A DNA stretch of 64,000 nt from a virus (lineage: Duplodnaviria > Caudoviricetes). The notes under the pieces were generated by a model. That model saw nothing but the letters and a program-made list of their open reading frames with translations, was not told the DNA's origin and did no database searches. Position 1 is the stretch's first letter. Each line of letters starts with the position of its first letter. Below are positions 9,012 through 19,312 of the stretch, piece by piece. The stretch lies in the IMG/VR virus record IMGVR_UViG_3300012983_000001, positions 128,001 to 192,000 of that record; one strand, given 5' to 3'. The translations under genes and the position numbers were made by a program.

Positions 9012-10694
9012 TCACTCCTTTATCATTATCGTCCACTTGTACGATTTTTTGTTGTATGGATACAAAATATAATCTATACGATATGGCGCTTTACCATGTT
9101 TTGGATTATATACAAAAGCATTGTTAAACTCATCCAAAGACATTGTTGTATGGTCTTTAATGATGGTATTCTTAGTATACACTTCGCTGGTATTGTTGTC
9201 GTAAGTACAGATAAGGGTTGCTTTAACATTTAAGTAGTTGTTACATGACATAATGGCATTAAAGTTGATTATCTGTTTAAAAACTTGACTAAGCTCCATT
9301 TCGTATATTCCTGGTGGAGTATCGAACTCAATTACAAAGTTATCATTTGACATCTGAATGGAGTTGTTACCAGAAAGCATATGCAATAATACCCATGTAT
9401 TATAATCGACGATACCTGTTGCTGTATATCCATTTTCAAGCTGCAATTGCATGATTTTCTTTTTGGTTTCAGCATCATATGTACCAGTAATATTATTGAA
9501 ATCAGGATAGATAGTTGATAATGCAGATTGTATTAATGTTACATAAGCATCAGAAGCTCCATAATCTATAGTAGGAAATTCTATTACATTACCAGCATAA
9601 TAGGAGCTATATACATCTGTTTCTATAACATATCCTGTGTCAGTTTCGTACCAACGGCCATCATCAGTAACAATAAAATCGTGAATATTGATATGTTCGC
9701 GATATTCTTTGGTATCTACTATATCAGAATGTAGAGAAGTATTTCTGTACACCATTGCACCATGTTTATTGACTACAACAGCAAGCTTTACTGGCACTTC
9801 CTGTACTTGATTTTTTAATGCATTATAAAGCTTGTCGTCTACAACTCCATCAATGGTGTCGCCAATTAATGATTGATATCTACGCACTGCTTCATCTGTT
9901 TGGCTGTCAAATACGCCGTTAATTTCTAAAGTAAACAGCCTTGTCTGATTTAATAACGTTTGAATTTCTGCAACGTCATTACCCATCATTAGTCTAGTTG
10001 TAGACTGATACAATACACGAGATAAGCTATATACTTTCTTCTGAGGAGCCTTAGCTTCAAGCTCTTTTAAAGTTTGTTTTCTTTCGAGCTCAATAGCCTC
10101 TTCAAGAGTAATGTTACTTGACTCCAATACATAAACACGTTTTGTATATTTATCATACTTACTATTAGAGCTATCTTTTACTGTTGCTTTAGCTTTTTTA
10201 TCCCATGCCTTAAAATTTGATATATCGCGTGCAACAAAGCTGAATACATTCTCTGTAAATAAGTCTTCGACAGAGATTGTTTGTGCCTCATCTGTAAAGT
10301 CAATACCGTAGATATACATGGAAACCGCATTACCATATTCGTTGGCAGATACAATCATAATATCAAACAACGGTAATTCGTCGACCTTTAGGTCCTTAAA
10401 GCCTTGTAACCAATCTAATTGGGACTGTAATTCTTTAAGCCAATGTTGGTTAATAAGAGTAAAAACCATGGTCCCTGCAAATATACGGGAACCTCGTGTT
10501 ACACCATTGATATTGGTTCTGCCTATGTTAATAACAGGCTTTTTGTTTCTGTACATAGAGTAGCTAATTGTTGTAAGAGAACCAATGACAACGGGAGAAG
10601 ACCCTGGCATCATAATAAAAGCCAAGGTATCTGTACCAGAGAAAGACTTATAAAACTTCGAGATATGATTACCTAAATTCAATTCTGTGTCCAA
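9012..10694 (-). CDS. Tube-like baseplate protein with two PG-binding domains and an SH3-like domain
   Basis: SFSGTD...ISYS.YRNKKPV..IG...RGSRIFAGTMVF...LPLFDI is paralogous to 10817-11701; GNDVAEIQTLL..GVFDSQTDEAVRRYQ..DGVVD and a second PGBD. TTG start with SD AAAGGAG. Confidence 0.75.
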   Translation of the reverse strand: MDTELNLGNHISKFYKSFSGTDTLAFIMMPGSSPVVIGSLTTISYSMYRNKKPVINIGRTNINGVTRGSRIFAGTMVFTLINQHWLKELQSQLDWLQGFKDLKVDELPLFDIMIVSANEYGNAVSMYIYGIDFTDEAQTISVEDLFTENVFSFVARDISNFKAWDKKAKATVKDSSNSKYDKYTKRVYVLESSNITLEEAIELERKQTLKELEAKAPQKKVYSLSRVLYQSTTRLMMGNDVAEIQTLLNQTRLFTLEINGVFDSQTDEAVRRYQSLIGDTIDGVVDDKLYNALKNQVQEVPVKLAVVVNKHGAMVYRNTSLHSDIVDTKEYREHINIHDFIVTDDGRWYETDTGYVIETDVYSSYYAGNVIEFPTIDYGASDAYVTLIQSALSTIYPDFNNITGTYDAETKKKIMQLQLENGYTATGIVDYNTWVLLHMLSGNNSIQMSNDNFVIEFDTPPGIYEMELSQVFKQIINFNAIMSCNNYLNVKATLICTYDNNTSEVYTKNTIIKDHTTMSLDEFNNAFVYNPKHGKAPYRIDYILYPYNKKSYKWTIMIKE

Positions 10695-10726
10695 GATGAT
10701 TCTCTCCTTTCACATTATTCAAATAA

Positions 10727-10755
10727 ATTATAGCATATACAACAAAATGAGCCAA
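10727..10755 (-). promoter_or_regulatory. sigmaA-type promoter upstream of the 560-aa gene
   Basis: TTGGCT-17 nt-TATAAT with TGn extended -10 on the minus strand. Confidence 0.55.
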
Positions 10756-10778
10756 GCCCTTTTTTTGACTTGACTCAC
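10742..10778 (-). terminator. Intrinsic terminator after the tail tube gene
   Basis: Minus strand GTGAGTCAAGTC-loop-GGCTTGGCTCAT followed by TTTGTT. Confidence 0.7.
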
Positions 10779-10816
10779 TTTGTTTATGCTAAAAATCTGA
10801 TTTGATTGAATTAGCA

Positions 10817-11701
10817 CTATGCGTTATAAGACGGACCGCCAAAAACGTTTGCTGTATTAACCTGCTTAGAAGCAGATGTAGGAGCAACGCCTCTGAGATT
10901 ACCAGCGTCATCACGAGTGTAAACACCACGGATGAGTGGACTCAGTCTACGAGCAATCCATGTTACCTGACGAGCCATTACTACTGTATCAACAGAAGCA
11001 CCAGAGCTCTCATTCAGGATATCAACATCGTAAATCTTCTGGAATGCGGTATGGCCGTATTCAGAAGCGAATGTTAATGTAACATCGAATGGCGGTAAGG
11101 TGTCAGCATAGATTACGTTCTCACCACGAATCGGAGCGAAACCTGCTGGAACGAAAATCTTGTCACCGTCCTGATTCCAATCTTCTACGAAACCAGTCTG
11201 CTGGTTAATGATTGGGCTGTTGTTAGAACCTTCAGTGGACTGAGCGCTGATTGCGTTGGTGTAATCACCAGAAGCAGTAGCGCCGAAAGAGAAACCGTAA
11301 CCAGCTCTCTTAGCTGTATCATCTTCTGCAAGAGCAGCCTGAGATACTGTTGCATTCCACTTAATCATATCCAGAGCGTTTGTGAAGTCTTCAGACATAG
11401 ACGGAACATTGTTAGCAGCTGCGGTAAACATAGCGGATGGAGCGATGTCGTCCCATACGGTCTGTAATGCAGATACTAATGCGTCATGGTCAAATACTGC
11501 AAATACCATGGAACCAGCGATGCCACGCTTACCTCTGGAGAAAGAACGTGCATCAGGAGAACCACATGTAAATACAGGTGCCTTATCTCTTTGTACTGCC
11601 CATGAAATCTGCTGAAGTTCGCCAATTACTTTATTAGCAAATGTAGCAACTAAGTCAGCACCAGAGAAACTTGTTAAGGTTTGGATAGTTGGACTTGCCA
11701 T
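10817..11701 (-). CDS. Tail tube protein
   Basis: Directly downstream of the sheath; SFSGADL..IGELQQISW...RSFSRGKRGIAGSMVF...LPPFDVTL; strong SD. Confidence 0.75.
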   Translation of the reverse strand: MASPTIQTLTSFSGADLVATFANKVIGELQQISWAVQRDKAPVFTCGSPDARSFSRGKRGIAGSMVFAVFDHDALVSALQTVWDDIAPSAMFTAAANNVPSMSEDFTNALDMIKWNATVSQAALAEDDTAKRAGYGFSFGATASGDYTNAISAQSTEGSNNSPIINQQTGFVEDWNQDGDKIFVPAGFAPIRGENVIYADTLPPFDVTLTFASEYGHTAFQKIYDVDILNESSGASVDTVVMARQVTWIARRLSPLIRGVYTRDDAGNLRGVAPTSASKQVNTANVFGGPSYNA

Positions 11702-11767
11702 AATATTTTCCTCCTTGTTTTCTTTATTTAGGTAGGGACATTGCTGTCCCTACCTGAGATTATTCAA

Positions 11768-14185
11768 TTAGGCAGCAGCTCTGAGAGCAACTACTGTAGT
11801 AATCTTACGTAATTCCTGAGGACATACAAGAGTTAATGCGATAGAGCATTCACCCAGGATAACCTGCTGAACGGTAGCGTTGATTTCGAATTCGTAATGA
11901 AGGATTTCACCCTGTTCCATCAGGTAGCTTAATCTCTTAGAAATCAGAGCAGACAAAGCATTTCTCTGTTCTACGGTGTTCGGCTCACCCAGGAATGGGT
12001 CGGATACTTCACGAATCTGGTCAACCACGTCAGTTACTACCTTAACGGTAGATAATCTTGCATAGTCAGAACCAGGAGCGCCTGCGGTACAACCGTCTAC
12101 TACGAACGGAACAGAAGATGCTGTTGCAGTACCTTCGTTCTTAAGCTTGAAGACAACCATACGATTACCAGTTAACTCATTCATCTGCTTGTTGGAGAGC
12201 TTGTACTTCATGCCCTTAACACCAGGAAGAGCCTTGTTGGTAGGAGCGGATTCTGGCCTGAGACTTGCATTTAATGCTGCATATGCAATAGCTGGGGAAC
12301 CGTAGTATGTACCGAGAGTATCGGAAGCTACAACTGGTTCTGGACCAACTACAACAGATGTGTACCAGCCTAAATCCATCTTGTTACCTTCAGTGTCTAC
12401 GATGTCGTTACCTTCAGCATCCTTCATGTAGTGAATGTTATTGTACTGAAGTAACTTCTCAACATGCTTCTGGATACCAACAAGAGTAGTGTTGGAGTTC
12501 GGCTTAACATCAATGAAACCGTGAGTCATCTTTGTTCTGTAAGTTAATACCGCACAAAGAAGAGCTAATTCATAATGGAAGCTGCTGAGTGGATTTACAG
12601 TCTGCTTGGAGTCTGCATATACACCAGCTGGGTAGATGTAGTCAACATTGTAGTTTTCGAGAATCTGATATGCACCCTGCTCAATTAAGTAGCCCTGAGC
12701 GTCTCTCTTACCAGATAATGCTTCGAAAAGCTGGTTAGCGTTTACTACAACACCGTCATCGCCACCTTCGCTAAGAGTGCCGTTGAATACAGGGTAATCT
12801 GCTGTTGTATCTTCTTCATCGTCAGTAACGATTTCAAATACATTATTCAACGCATAATTAGCTAACGCCTGCTTTAAGTGGCCAACAGTCGGACACTCGA
12901 AAGAAGTGAAGTAGAACGGAAGGTCCGCATTAGAGAATCTCTTGGATTCTGGCTTTGTGAAGGTGAACTGTCTACCGATATTACCGTTTGCATCAGCAAT
13001 CTGAGTAATAGTTACAGAAGCTTCCTTGTAAAGAGAACCACCGTAGATAGCACGAACAATCATGCTCTTGTTGGTAGTATTTACCTGCTCGTAATTGTAA
13101 GCAAATGTAAACTTGTCATTTACATTGAAGCTACCAGCAGTTAAGGTAAGAGTCTTACCAGATACGCTGTAGTCAGCTGTATCAGCTGGAGTACCGTTTA
13201 CAGTTAATACTGCGGAACCAGCAATCGGAGCGTAAGGTAATGCAATTACCTGGTCAGCGTCAGTCAGAGTCCAGGATTCTGTCTCATCAACTAACTCGTA
13301 AATATAGTATTCTGTGGTAATCTCTACGCCATCAACGATAGCTCCACCAGCTAACCATGTTAATACACCGTTGTTAATAGTATAATCGGTACCCTCAACA
13401 AGCTCAGTACCATCAGCAAGAGTAGCTTTAAAGCCATCGGTCACTGGGAATAAACCAGTTTTGTCAATGTACTGACCAAAGGTATCCTTTGGAGTTGCAT
13501 ATACGAACTGGTTCTGAGCAGCATCAGCCAAGGTAACAGGACCCTGAGCAATGAATGCAGCGGCATCAGGAACGTTTGTGGTTGTACCCTTATCAGCAGT
13601 GTCAATGTTCTTGTACTGATAGGAAGCATAGATTGTGCTACCCTTAGTAACTACGTTTGCACCGATATTGAAAGTAGCTTCATATTCGGTATAACCGCTT
13701 GCTACAACAGGAGTACCAGTACCGTTCGGGCCAGTGGTCAGAACGAGAGAACCTGCAACTACAGGAACGTTTGCCAGCGTCTTACCGCTAACAGCTGCGT
13801 TACCTTCGATTGCACCAGAAATAGGTGTTGCAACAATTGTTTCTACGCTAGTTGTAGTTGCTTTTGCGATTTCAGTGTAAGCCTGGGAGCCAGTAACTCT
13901 CATACATCTTACATCAGTGAAACCGTTTCTGAACGCCTGCTTAGCGTACTTGGTAAGAGTTGCACCGTTAGGGTATCCATGTTCGTTAACTTCTGTACCG
14001 AATAACTGACTAACGGTTGTTGCGTCAATCTGTACAGGTTCGTTGATAGGACCATCGAATGCGGTACCTAAGATGAGCAGACTCTTACCAGTGGCAGCAG
14101 TGTCATTGGTAGTCAACTTTAATCCGCCATCCTTAAACTCCACAAGATGTCCAGGCAAATTTGGATATAAATTTGTAACAGCCAT
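11768..14185 (-). CDS. Contractile tail sheath protein (with inserted Ig-like domains)
   Basis: N-terminal LPG...ILGTAFDGPINEPV; C-terminal YARLSTVKVV.DVVDQIR..PFLGEPN...LTLVCPQELRKITTVV are sheath hallmarks. Confidence 0.9.
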   Translation of the reverse strand: MAVTNLYPNLPGHLVEFKDGGLKLTTNDTAATGKSLLILGTAFDGPINEPVQIDATTVSQLFGTEVNEHGYPNGATLTKYAKQAFRNGFTDVRCMRVTGSQAYTEIAKATTTSVETIVATPISGAIEGNAAVSGKTLANVPVVAGSLVLTTGPNGTGTPVVASGYTEYEATFNIGANVVTKGSTIYASYQYKNIDTADKGTTTNVPDAAAFIAQGPVTLADAAQNQFVYATPKDTFGQYIDKTGLFPVTDGFKATLADGTELVEGTDYTINNGVLTWLAGGAIVDGVEITTEYYIYELVDETESWTLTDADQVIALPYAPIAGSAVLTVNGTPADTADYSVSGKTLTLTAGSFNVNDKFTFAYNYEQVNTTNKSMIVRAIYGGSLYKEASVTITQIADANGNIGRQFTFTKPESKRFSNADLPFYFTSFECPTVGHLKQALANYALNNVFEIVTDDEEDTTADYPVFNGTLSEGGDDGVVVNANQLFEALSGKRDAQGYLIEQGAYQILENYNVDYIYPAGVYADSKQTVNPLSSFHYELALLCAVLTYRTKMTHGFIDVKPNSNTTLVGIQKHVEKLLQYNNIHYMKDAEGNDIVDTEGNKMDLGWYTSVVVGPEPVVASDTLGTYYGSPAIAYAALNASLRPESAPTNKALPGVKGMKYKLSNKQMNELTGNRMVVFKLKNEGTATASSVPFVVDGCTAGAPGSDYARLSTVKVVTDVVDQIREVSDPFLGEPNTVEQRNALSALISKRLSYLMEQGEILHYEFEINATVQQVILGECSIALTLVCPQELRKITTVVALRAAA

Positions 14186-14213
14186 TTTAATTTCCTCCTT
14201 TTTATTATTGGAC

Positions 14214-15062
14214 TTAGAAATTGTAAGTTATTCCGTTGTCACCATCAAAGAAATCTAATTCAATCGGGTCAGAATTTTTTGACGAGTTGTTAATCAACGT
14301 CTTAACTTTGTCGGTGCTGAGTTGATTTGCACCGATTTCAGCATTGATGCTGTTGATAAGGCTTTGACGTACTGGAGTAATACTTTCGAGCCTTATATAA
14401 TAATATATACAACGCATTGGGGTCGATTCGTCGTAATTAAGCGAACATTTTGGTGATACTTCTTGTTGAAAAAAGATTTCACTAATACCTTGTCGCTTTA
14501 AGTAACCAGTATACACAGAAAGAAGGTTTTCAAATTTCTTCTGTATTTGTCTGGCCTCTTTATTGGTTCTGCCATAGATATTAAATTCGACATTACAATC
14601 ATACCATTGACGGTAAATCAGAAAAGCATCGCCAGTTTCATTACCGTTGGCATCAGTCTCATTAACAATATCAGTTAACTTAGGTTTTAAACCACCCATG
14701 TCTTCTGCTTTGTCTCTTGAGTTTATCTCGATTGTAATCTGTGGCATGACGATTTGGTCACTGTTTTCTCCTTTCTTAAGGTCAGGAGACAGCTCACCCC
14801 AGCCAGCACCCCAGGCGGCATTACACAATCTCTTGAGAATGTCGGCTAACTGTTCAATATCGTCTATATTATCGTCTGCAACATGTCGTAGTGTCTGTAT
14901 GTTATACTCTCTACTTGAAACTGTTTCAAGAGTATGAATGTGAGCCGCTTTCTTGGACTCATAGACATTATTGGTATTGCTCGGCTGAAGAACCGTAGAT
15001 TTTTCTTCAGGAGTTTTACCAAAATAATCAGCATATGCTTTTGCCAGTAATTCATTGTCCAT
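14214..15062 (-). CDS. Tail completion/terminator-like neck protein
   Basis: Upstream of the sheath; QWYDCNVEFNIYGRTNKEARQIQKKFE resembles tail-terminator motifs. Start moved to ATG 15062 (SD GAGGAGG). Confidence 0.55.
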   Translation of the reverse strand: MDNELLAKAYADYFGKTPEEKSTVLQPSNTNNVYESKKAAHIHTLETVSSREYNIQTLRHVADDNIDDIEQLADILKRLCNAAWGAGWGELSPDLKKGENSDQIVMPQITIEINSRDKAEDMGGLKPKLTDIVNETDANGNETGDAFLIYRQWYDCNVEFNIYGRTNKEARQIQKKFENLLSVYTGYLKRQGISEIFFQQEVSPKCSLNYDESTPMRCIYYYIRLESITPVRQSLINSINAEIGANQLSTDKVKTLINNSSKNSDPIELDFFDGDNGITYNF

Positions 15063-15063
15063 G

Positions 15064-16659
15064 TTAATCCTCCTCTGCAAACTCTACATTTATTACAGAA
15101 CATAATTGCACGGCTTTCACCATGTAACATGTTGTCAGACTTAAATATACTTTGATTTCGCCTTGACTATAATACGGAACGATTCTAAAATCATATGCTG
15201 TAATAATATCATAAGCAAATAATTGTTCCAGTATTTGCTGTAAGTCATTGGCTACAATATCATCTTCAACAAGTTCTACCATATTGTATCCTATGTAGTA
15301 TTGGAAAAGTTTGTTGATGTACGACATACACATTTGTATCATGCGTACATTACAATATAGTTTGAAATTTTCATGCGAAGGTGATGCGGTAATGCCATCA
15401 TATACAACAGGCGTGTTATATAATGGACTTTGTCGGAAAGTAACAATACCAGTATCCGCCAAATCCTTAAGGACTTCTTCTGAAAACTCATGGTGTAGAC
15501 TAATTGTATCGGATATTGGAATGTTTGTAGTACCACTAGTAACAACTGTATTAGCACACAATGCTGCATATGCTAAGTATCCATTATCTATAATGGTTCC
15601 TCTGTTATATCGAATATCACCGCCTACAACAGATATCAGAAATGCATAGAATGGATTAGAACAACACGCTAGGTTATATTCGTAACATGCCTTGTACATT
15701 TCAGCAATATCGTCTGCTTCAAACAGATATTGACTCCAATACTTATAGCTTGAATTATAACCTATAATTCCAGTAGTTACCATACCAAAATTCATCTGGC
15801 GAATACAGAATTGTAATAACTGGTCCATAAAGGATAGTTTTTTGCCAGATGGGTCTTCAGATAAGTAATCTTTAGTGGACTGATAATACTTTTTGTTATA
15901 CTGATATTGTGTTCCTTCAGAATCATCAGGATAGATATCATCCATGAATGCATCAATTGGAATAACGATATCAATGTCATGTGACTCAAGAATATCATAC
16001 GTCTGATTCAGGCAGTTGTAAAGTAAATTTTTCGAATAGTTTAATCCACATTGCCCGCCATACATATAGATATCTGTAGGATTACACGCAAAAAATGCAT
16101 GTTTTGTTGGAGTAGCTGCATCTACATAGTAGTATGCGTATATATGACTACGCTTTTGTCTGGTATCCTGATTGATTGCAGCTGCTAATTTATCCATTGT
16201 CGGATAATCGCTGTACTTATATTCCAGCTTTCCTAAGCCTAAATCTTTTGGAAAGATAATGGTTATCTTGTCGATATCTATCAGAATTTCCACTTCATTG
16301 AAGATTTCATTACTTTGAGATGCCACAAGCATGAAACCATTCTCGATAATCTCGCCATCCTGAATGTTTATATTCAGATATGCACTGGAATGTTCACCAG
16401 TTGTTTTAACTAAATAAACGAGATTATCTTTACTTGTGTATTTCAAAGCATGAAACGCATCTATTAGGGTACCATGTTTACCGAATTTATTGTAAAGACC
16501 AACGGTTGATTTAATCAACACAGGTTCATTTGTTGGTCCAAATTCAGCGGAGCCCAATAAGTATATATGCTTACCATGAAGTGTATCTTGTAGTATGGAT
16601 GAGATTAAGCTTTGGCGGTATGCCTTTAATTCTTGAGTAGTTTGCTCGGCCATATACAT
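15064..16659 (-). CDS. Second, divergent tail sheath paralogue
   Basis: LLGSAEFGPTNEPV, AYAALCA, VVYDGITA, NVRMIQ...YIG match the corresponding motifs of the 805-aa sheath. Start may be 16653. Confidence 0.8.
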   Translation of the reverse strand: MYMAEQTTQELKAYRQSLISSILQDTLHGKHIYLLGSAEFGPTNEPVLIKSTVGLYNKFGKHGTLIDAFHALKYTSKDNLVYLVKTTGEHSSAYLNINIQDGEIIENGFMLVASQSNEIFNEVEILIDIDKITIIFPKDLGLGKLEYKYSDYPTMDKLAAAINQDTRQKRSHIYAYYYVDAATPTKHAFFACNPTDIYMYGGQCGLNYSKNLLYNCLNQTYDILESHDIDIVIPIDAFMDDIYPDDSEGTQYQYNKKYYQSTKDYLSEDPSGKKLSFMDQLLQFCIRQMNFGMVTTGIIGYNSSYKYWSQYLFEADDIAEMYKACYEYNLACCSNPFYAFLISVVGGDIRYNRGTIIDNGYLAYAALCANTVVTSGTTNIPISDTISLHHEFSEEVLKDLADTGIVTFRQSPLYNTPVVYDGITASPSHENFKLYCNVRMIQMCMSYINKLFQYYIGYNMVELVEDDIVANDLQQILEQLFAYDIITAYDFRIVPYYSQGEIKVYLSLTTCYMVKAVQLCSVINVEFAEED

Positions 16660-17222
16660 TTACCTCCCTTCAGTAATTGAGAAACTGCTTTTCTAGGTAA
16701 TGAAGATAAGATGTTTGTAAATGGTCTGACTAGGTCAGTACGGCTATCAATTAAACAGCCGTTAAGCTCTACTCTACCCTTGTCTCCACGCATTTCGTAA
16801 ACATTTGTTATTTCTAACACTTGTAAAACATCCACAGGATAGCCTTGCTTATCCCAAGTAACTTTCAAAATCATGTCGCGTTCTTTTGGGTTGTATTGGT
16901 GACGGATATAATATATTTCATTTTTCTGGTTTGTGACGCCAGTTGGATTCGTTGTGATGGAGTTTTCTGAAGAGTAAGCACTATTAGAACTTTCGATTGC
17001 TCTAAGTTTCTGAATGCTGGCAAAATGTCCCGTTCCCATACATAATTTACAATTAGGGTCACCAGTCTTATTCAGGTCATCAAAGCAAGTGCATCTAACA
17101 AACTTACAGTTACGAATATACAAGACGTTGATGCCAAACTCATCTGTAAGAAGTTCAGCATCATGTCTAAGGTTAATCTCAACATTTTTCATTTCCAAGG
17201 TTTTGTCTGTAAACTTATACAT
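16626..17222 (-). CDS. Head-closure/neck protein with Cys cluster
   Basis: RCTC...PNCKLCMGTG motif; position among neck genes. Confidence 0.55.
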   Translation of the reverse strand: MYKFTDKTLEMKNVEINLRHDAELLTDEFGINVLYIRNCKFVRCTCFDDLNKTGDPNCKLCMGTGHFASIQKLRAIESSNSAYSSENSITTNPTGVTNQKNEIYYIRHQYNPKERDMILKVTWDKQGYPVDVLQVLEITNVYEMRGDKGRVELNGCLIDSRTDLVRPFTNILSSLPRKAVSQLLKGGKCIWPSKLLKN

Positions 17223-18106
17223 TAGAAATTAGTCTCCCTTGCCCAGTCTTCGTAACTATAGTTATTGATAGCTTTTACGCCAGATGCAACGATATTGATA
17301 CCTCTGATAGTGTTATCAGCTTCCTGGAACTGGTCTTTAAGACCATCAAGAAGATTATCAATATACGGTAACTTAGTGCTCTTCTCTATAGAGATATCTC
17401 CAATTTCTTTACGAACAGAACCATATCGGTATGAGATACCGTAATACCGAGCCATTATCAGGGCGATTTCTGTTTTATATCGAACCCAATTCTTTACGGC
17501 ACGATTCGGAGTCGTATAGTTTCCATCACCATCTACTTCATAAGTAACGTTTTCTACTGCTTCGTCTGCGTTAGCTAATTCATCAATCAATTCTATTACT
17601 TCAACGCTGTTTCTGTAAATCATTGAATTGATATATTCTTCGGTAAAGCCTTCAATGAATTCACCGATATCCTCCCATACTTTCTTCGAGGATACAAACA
17701 GAGGAGATAACTTTGACACGAATGACCATTTAAAGATATCTTTACCGATACATATCTGGACTTCGTATTTATTATTACCCTTCAGTCGTTTTACGGTGCC
17801 ATATTTCTTATATAAGGCATTTGGCTTATCTGCCTTACCAGAAGATACAATTTCAAGATTGATTTTCTGTGAAGCAACGTTACTGATAACAGAAACAATA
17901 TCTCCTTCGTTTAATGGGCTATGAAAGATTACCTTACCAGTATCTTGTACAGTAAGGTAATCTTCATCTTCTCCAAGTGTTTGAAGCATCCCATTAACGA
18001 AAATAGATATAGTGTCATTGATGAAAGGTTTTTCGACATTGAAAACCTGCTGTCCTTGTGTAGCAGTAAATTTTTCATTCACCGAATACTTTCTCATCAT
18101 TTTCAC
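17222..18106 (-). CDS. Head-tail adaptor-like protein
   Basis: N-terminal IFVNGMLQ..DY beta domain; C-terminal RKEIGDISI adaptor-like motif; synteny. Confidence 0.5.
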   Translation of the reverse strand: MKMMRKYSVNEKFTATQGQQVFNVEKPFINDTISIFVNGMLQTLGEDEDYLTVQDTGKVIFHSPLNEGDIVSVISNVASQKINLEIVSSGKADKPNALYKKYGTVKRLKGNNKYEVQICIGKDIFKWSFVSKLSPLFVSSKKVWEDIGEFIEGFTEEYINSMIYRNSVEVIELIDELANADEAVENVTYEVDGDGNYTTPNRAVKNWVRYKTEIALIMARYYGISYRYGSVRKEIGDISIEKSTKLPYIDNLLDGLKDQFQEADNTIRGINIVASGVKAINNYSYEDWARETNF

Positions 18107-18113
18107 CTACTTT

Positions 18114-18425
18114 TTATTCCTGGTTTAACTGAGTATGTAATCCTGTTAATTCAGGATGCAATCTTTCGGTCATAATCATTGTATGCTCGATATTGCTGAT
18201 TTTTTTAGAATGCGCTGCAATAATCTCATCCTGCTCGCTATTATGGTCCCAAAGTCTTTTATGACTTTTTTCATTATCTTGTTCGATACGATTAATGGCA
18301 TCACGTAACACATCTACTGAGTTATTTAACTTAGTGATGCTAGTGTTAAGTTTCATCATTGGACCAGTAATAGCAATAACGAAGGTAACTAAAGCAGCGA
18401 TACCTAAGAAGATTTCCCATGTCAT
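18114..18425 (-). CDS. Holin-like single-TM coiled-coil protein
   Basis: N-terminal hydrophobic helix followed by coiled coil. Confidence 0.5.
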   Translation of the reverse strand: MTWEIFLGIAALVTFVIAITGPMMKLNTSITKLNNSVDVLRDAINRIEQDNEKSHKRLWDHNSEQDEIIAAHSKKISNIEHTMIMTERLHPELTGLHTQLNQE

Positions 18426-18440
18426 AGCCTATTCCTCCTA

Positions 18441-19235
18441 TTATTGTGCTGTGCCATCATCTATGGCATATGTAACTACTGTTTCTAATGCGTCCTTGAT
18501 AGCCTCATCCACTGCTGGTAATACAGAGTTAATGATGTAATTAACTAATGCTTCTTCTGTTACTAATTTTGTAGCAGAAGGAGCTGTGCCACCTTCGGTG
18601 GTTCCGTCGCCATCATTAATGGATGTAGCTTTGTCAATATACACGCCACCATTAGTCTCATCGACTTTAATAGATTCCTCTCCTGCTTTGATTTTCAGTT
18701 CTCCAGAAATCTTATTGTCAGCAGAGATAGACATCTTGATGGAATTCGTGTCTTGGGTGGTATATACATTCTGTAAATAATTCTTCAGAGAGATGAAGTA
18801 ATAGCTTTCGCCACCAGCTTCATTGTCCGTATCTGCTGTAAATAACAGACCAACTTCGCCTGCGGTTACACCCTCTGGTTTAGTAATCGCACTGTTGGTT
18901 AAATCATCAGCTGTCAGTGTATGGCTTTCTACTTTTCTAAAGAACGATGTAGACAATACAGAAGATACATTGCCGACTTTGTCTGCTACATAATCAACGA
19001 TTGCCTTTGTGCTTGCAACCGATGTATTGTCAGCCGTAAATCCTTCAGCAAGCATATCAGTTACGATATTGCTAAGAACATTGTCGTCATCAGTAGCATC
19101 AAAAAGCTTTACAGAGCCGAGATAACCAACGCCAGTATTTAGCAAATAGAAAGTCATCGGGTCTTTAGTTACAACGGCATCGTACTGTGCTTGTGGGTCT
19201 GCGCTTGTAAACAATTTGAACTTAAAAGCTGCCAT
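18441..19235 (-). CDS. Virion fibre/appendage protein
   Basis: Start at MAAFKF (SD AAGGAGG); STKAIVDYV motif typical of fibre proteins. Confidence 0.5.
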   Translation of the reverse strand: MAAFKFKLFTSADPQAQYDAVVTKDPMTFYLLNTGVGYLGSVKLFDATDDDNVLSNIVTDMLAEGFTADNTSVASTKAIVDYVADKVGNVSSVLSTSFFRKVESHTLTADDLTNSAITKPEGVTAGEVGLLFTADTDNEAGGESYYFISLKNYLQNVYTTQDTNSIKMSISADNKISGELKIKAGEESIKVDETNGGVYIDKATSINDGDGTTEGGTAPSATKLVTEEALVNYIINSVLPAVDEAIKDALETVVTYAIDDGTAQ

Positions 19236-19312
19236 AGTTTTGCCCTCCTTTTTATTTTTAGTGTATAGCATACCGAAGCTTATTAGTACTTCGGTATGCT
19301 ATATTATTGTGA

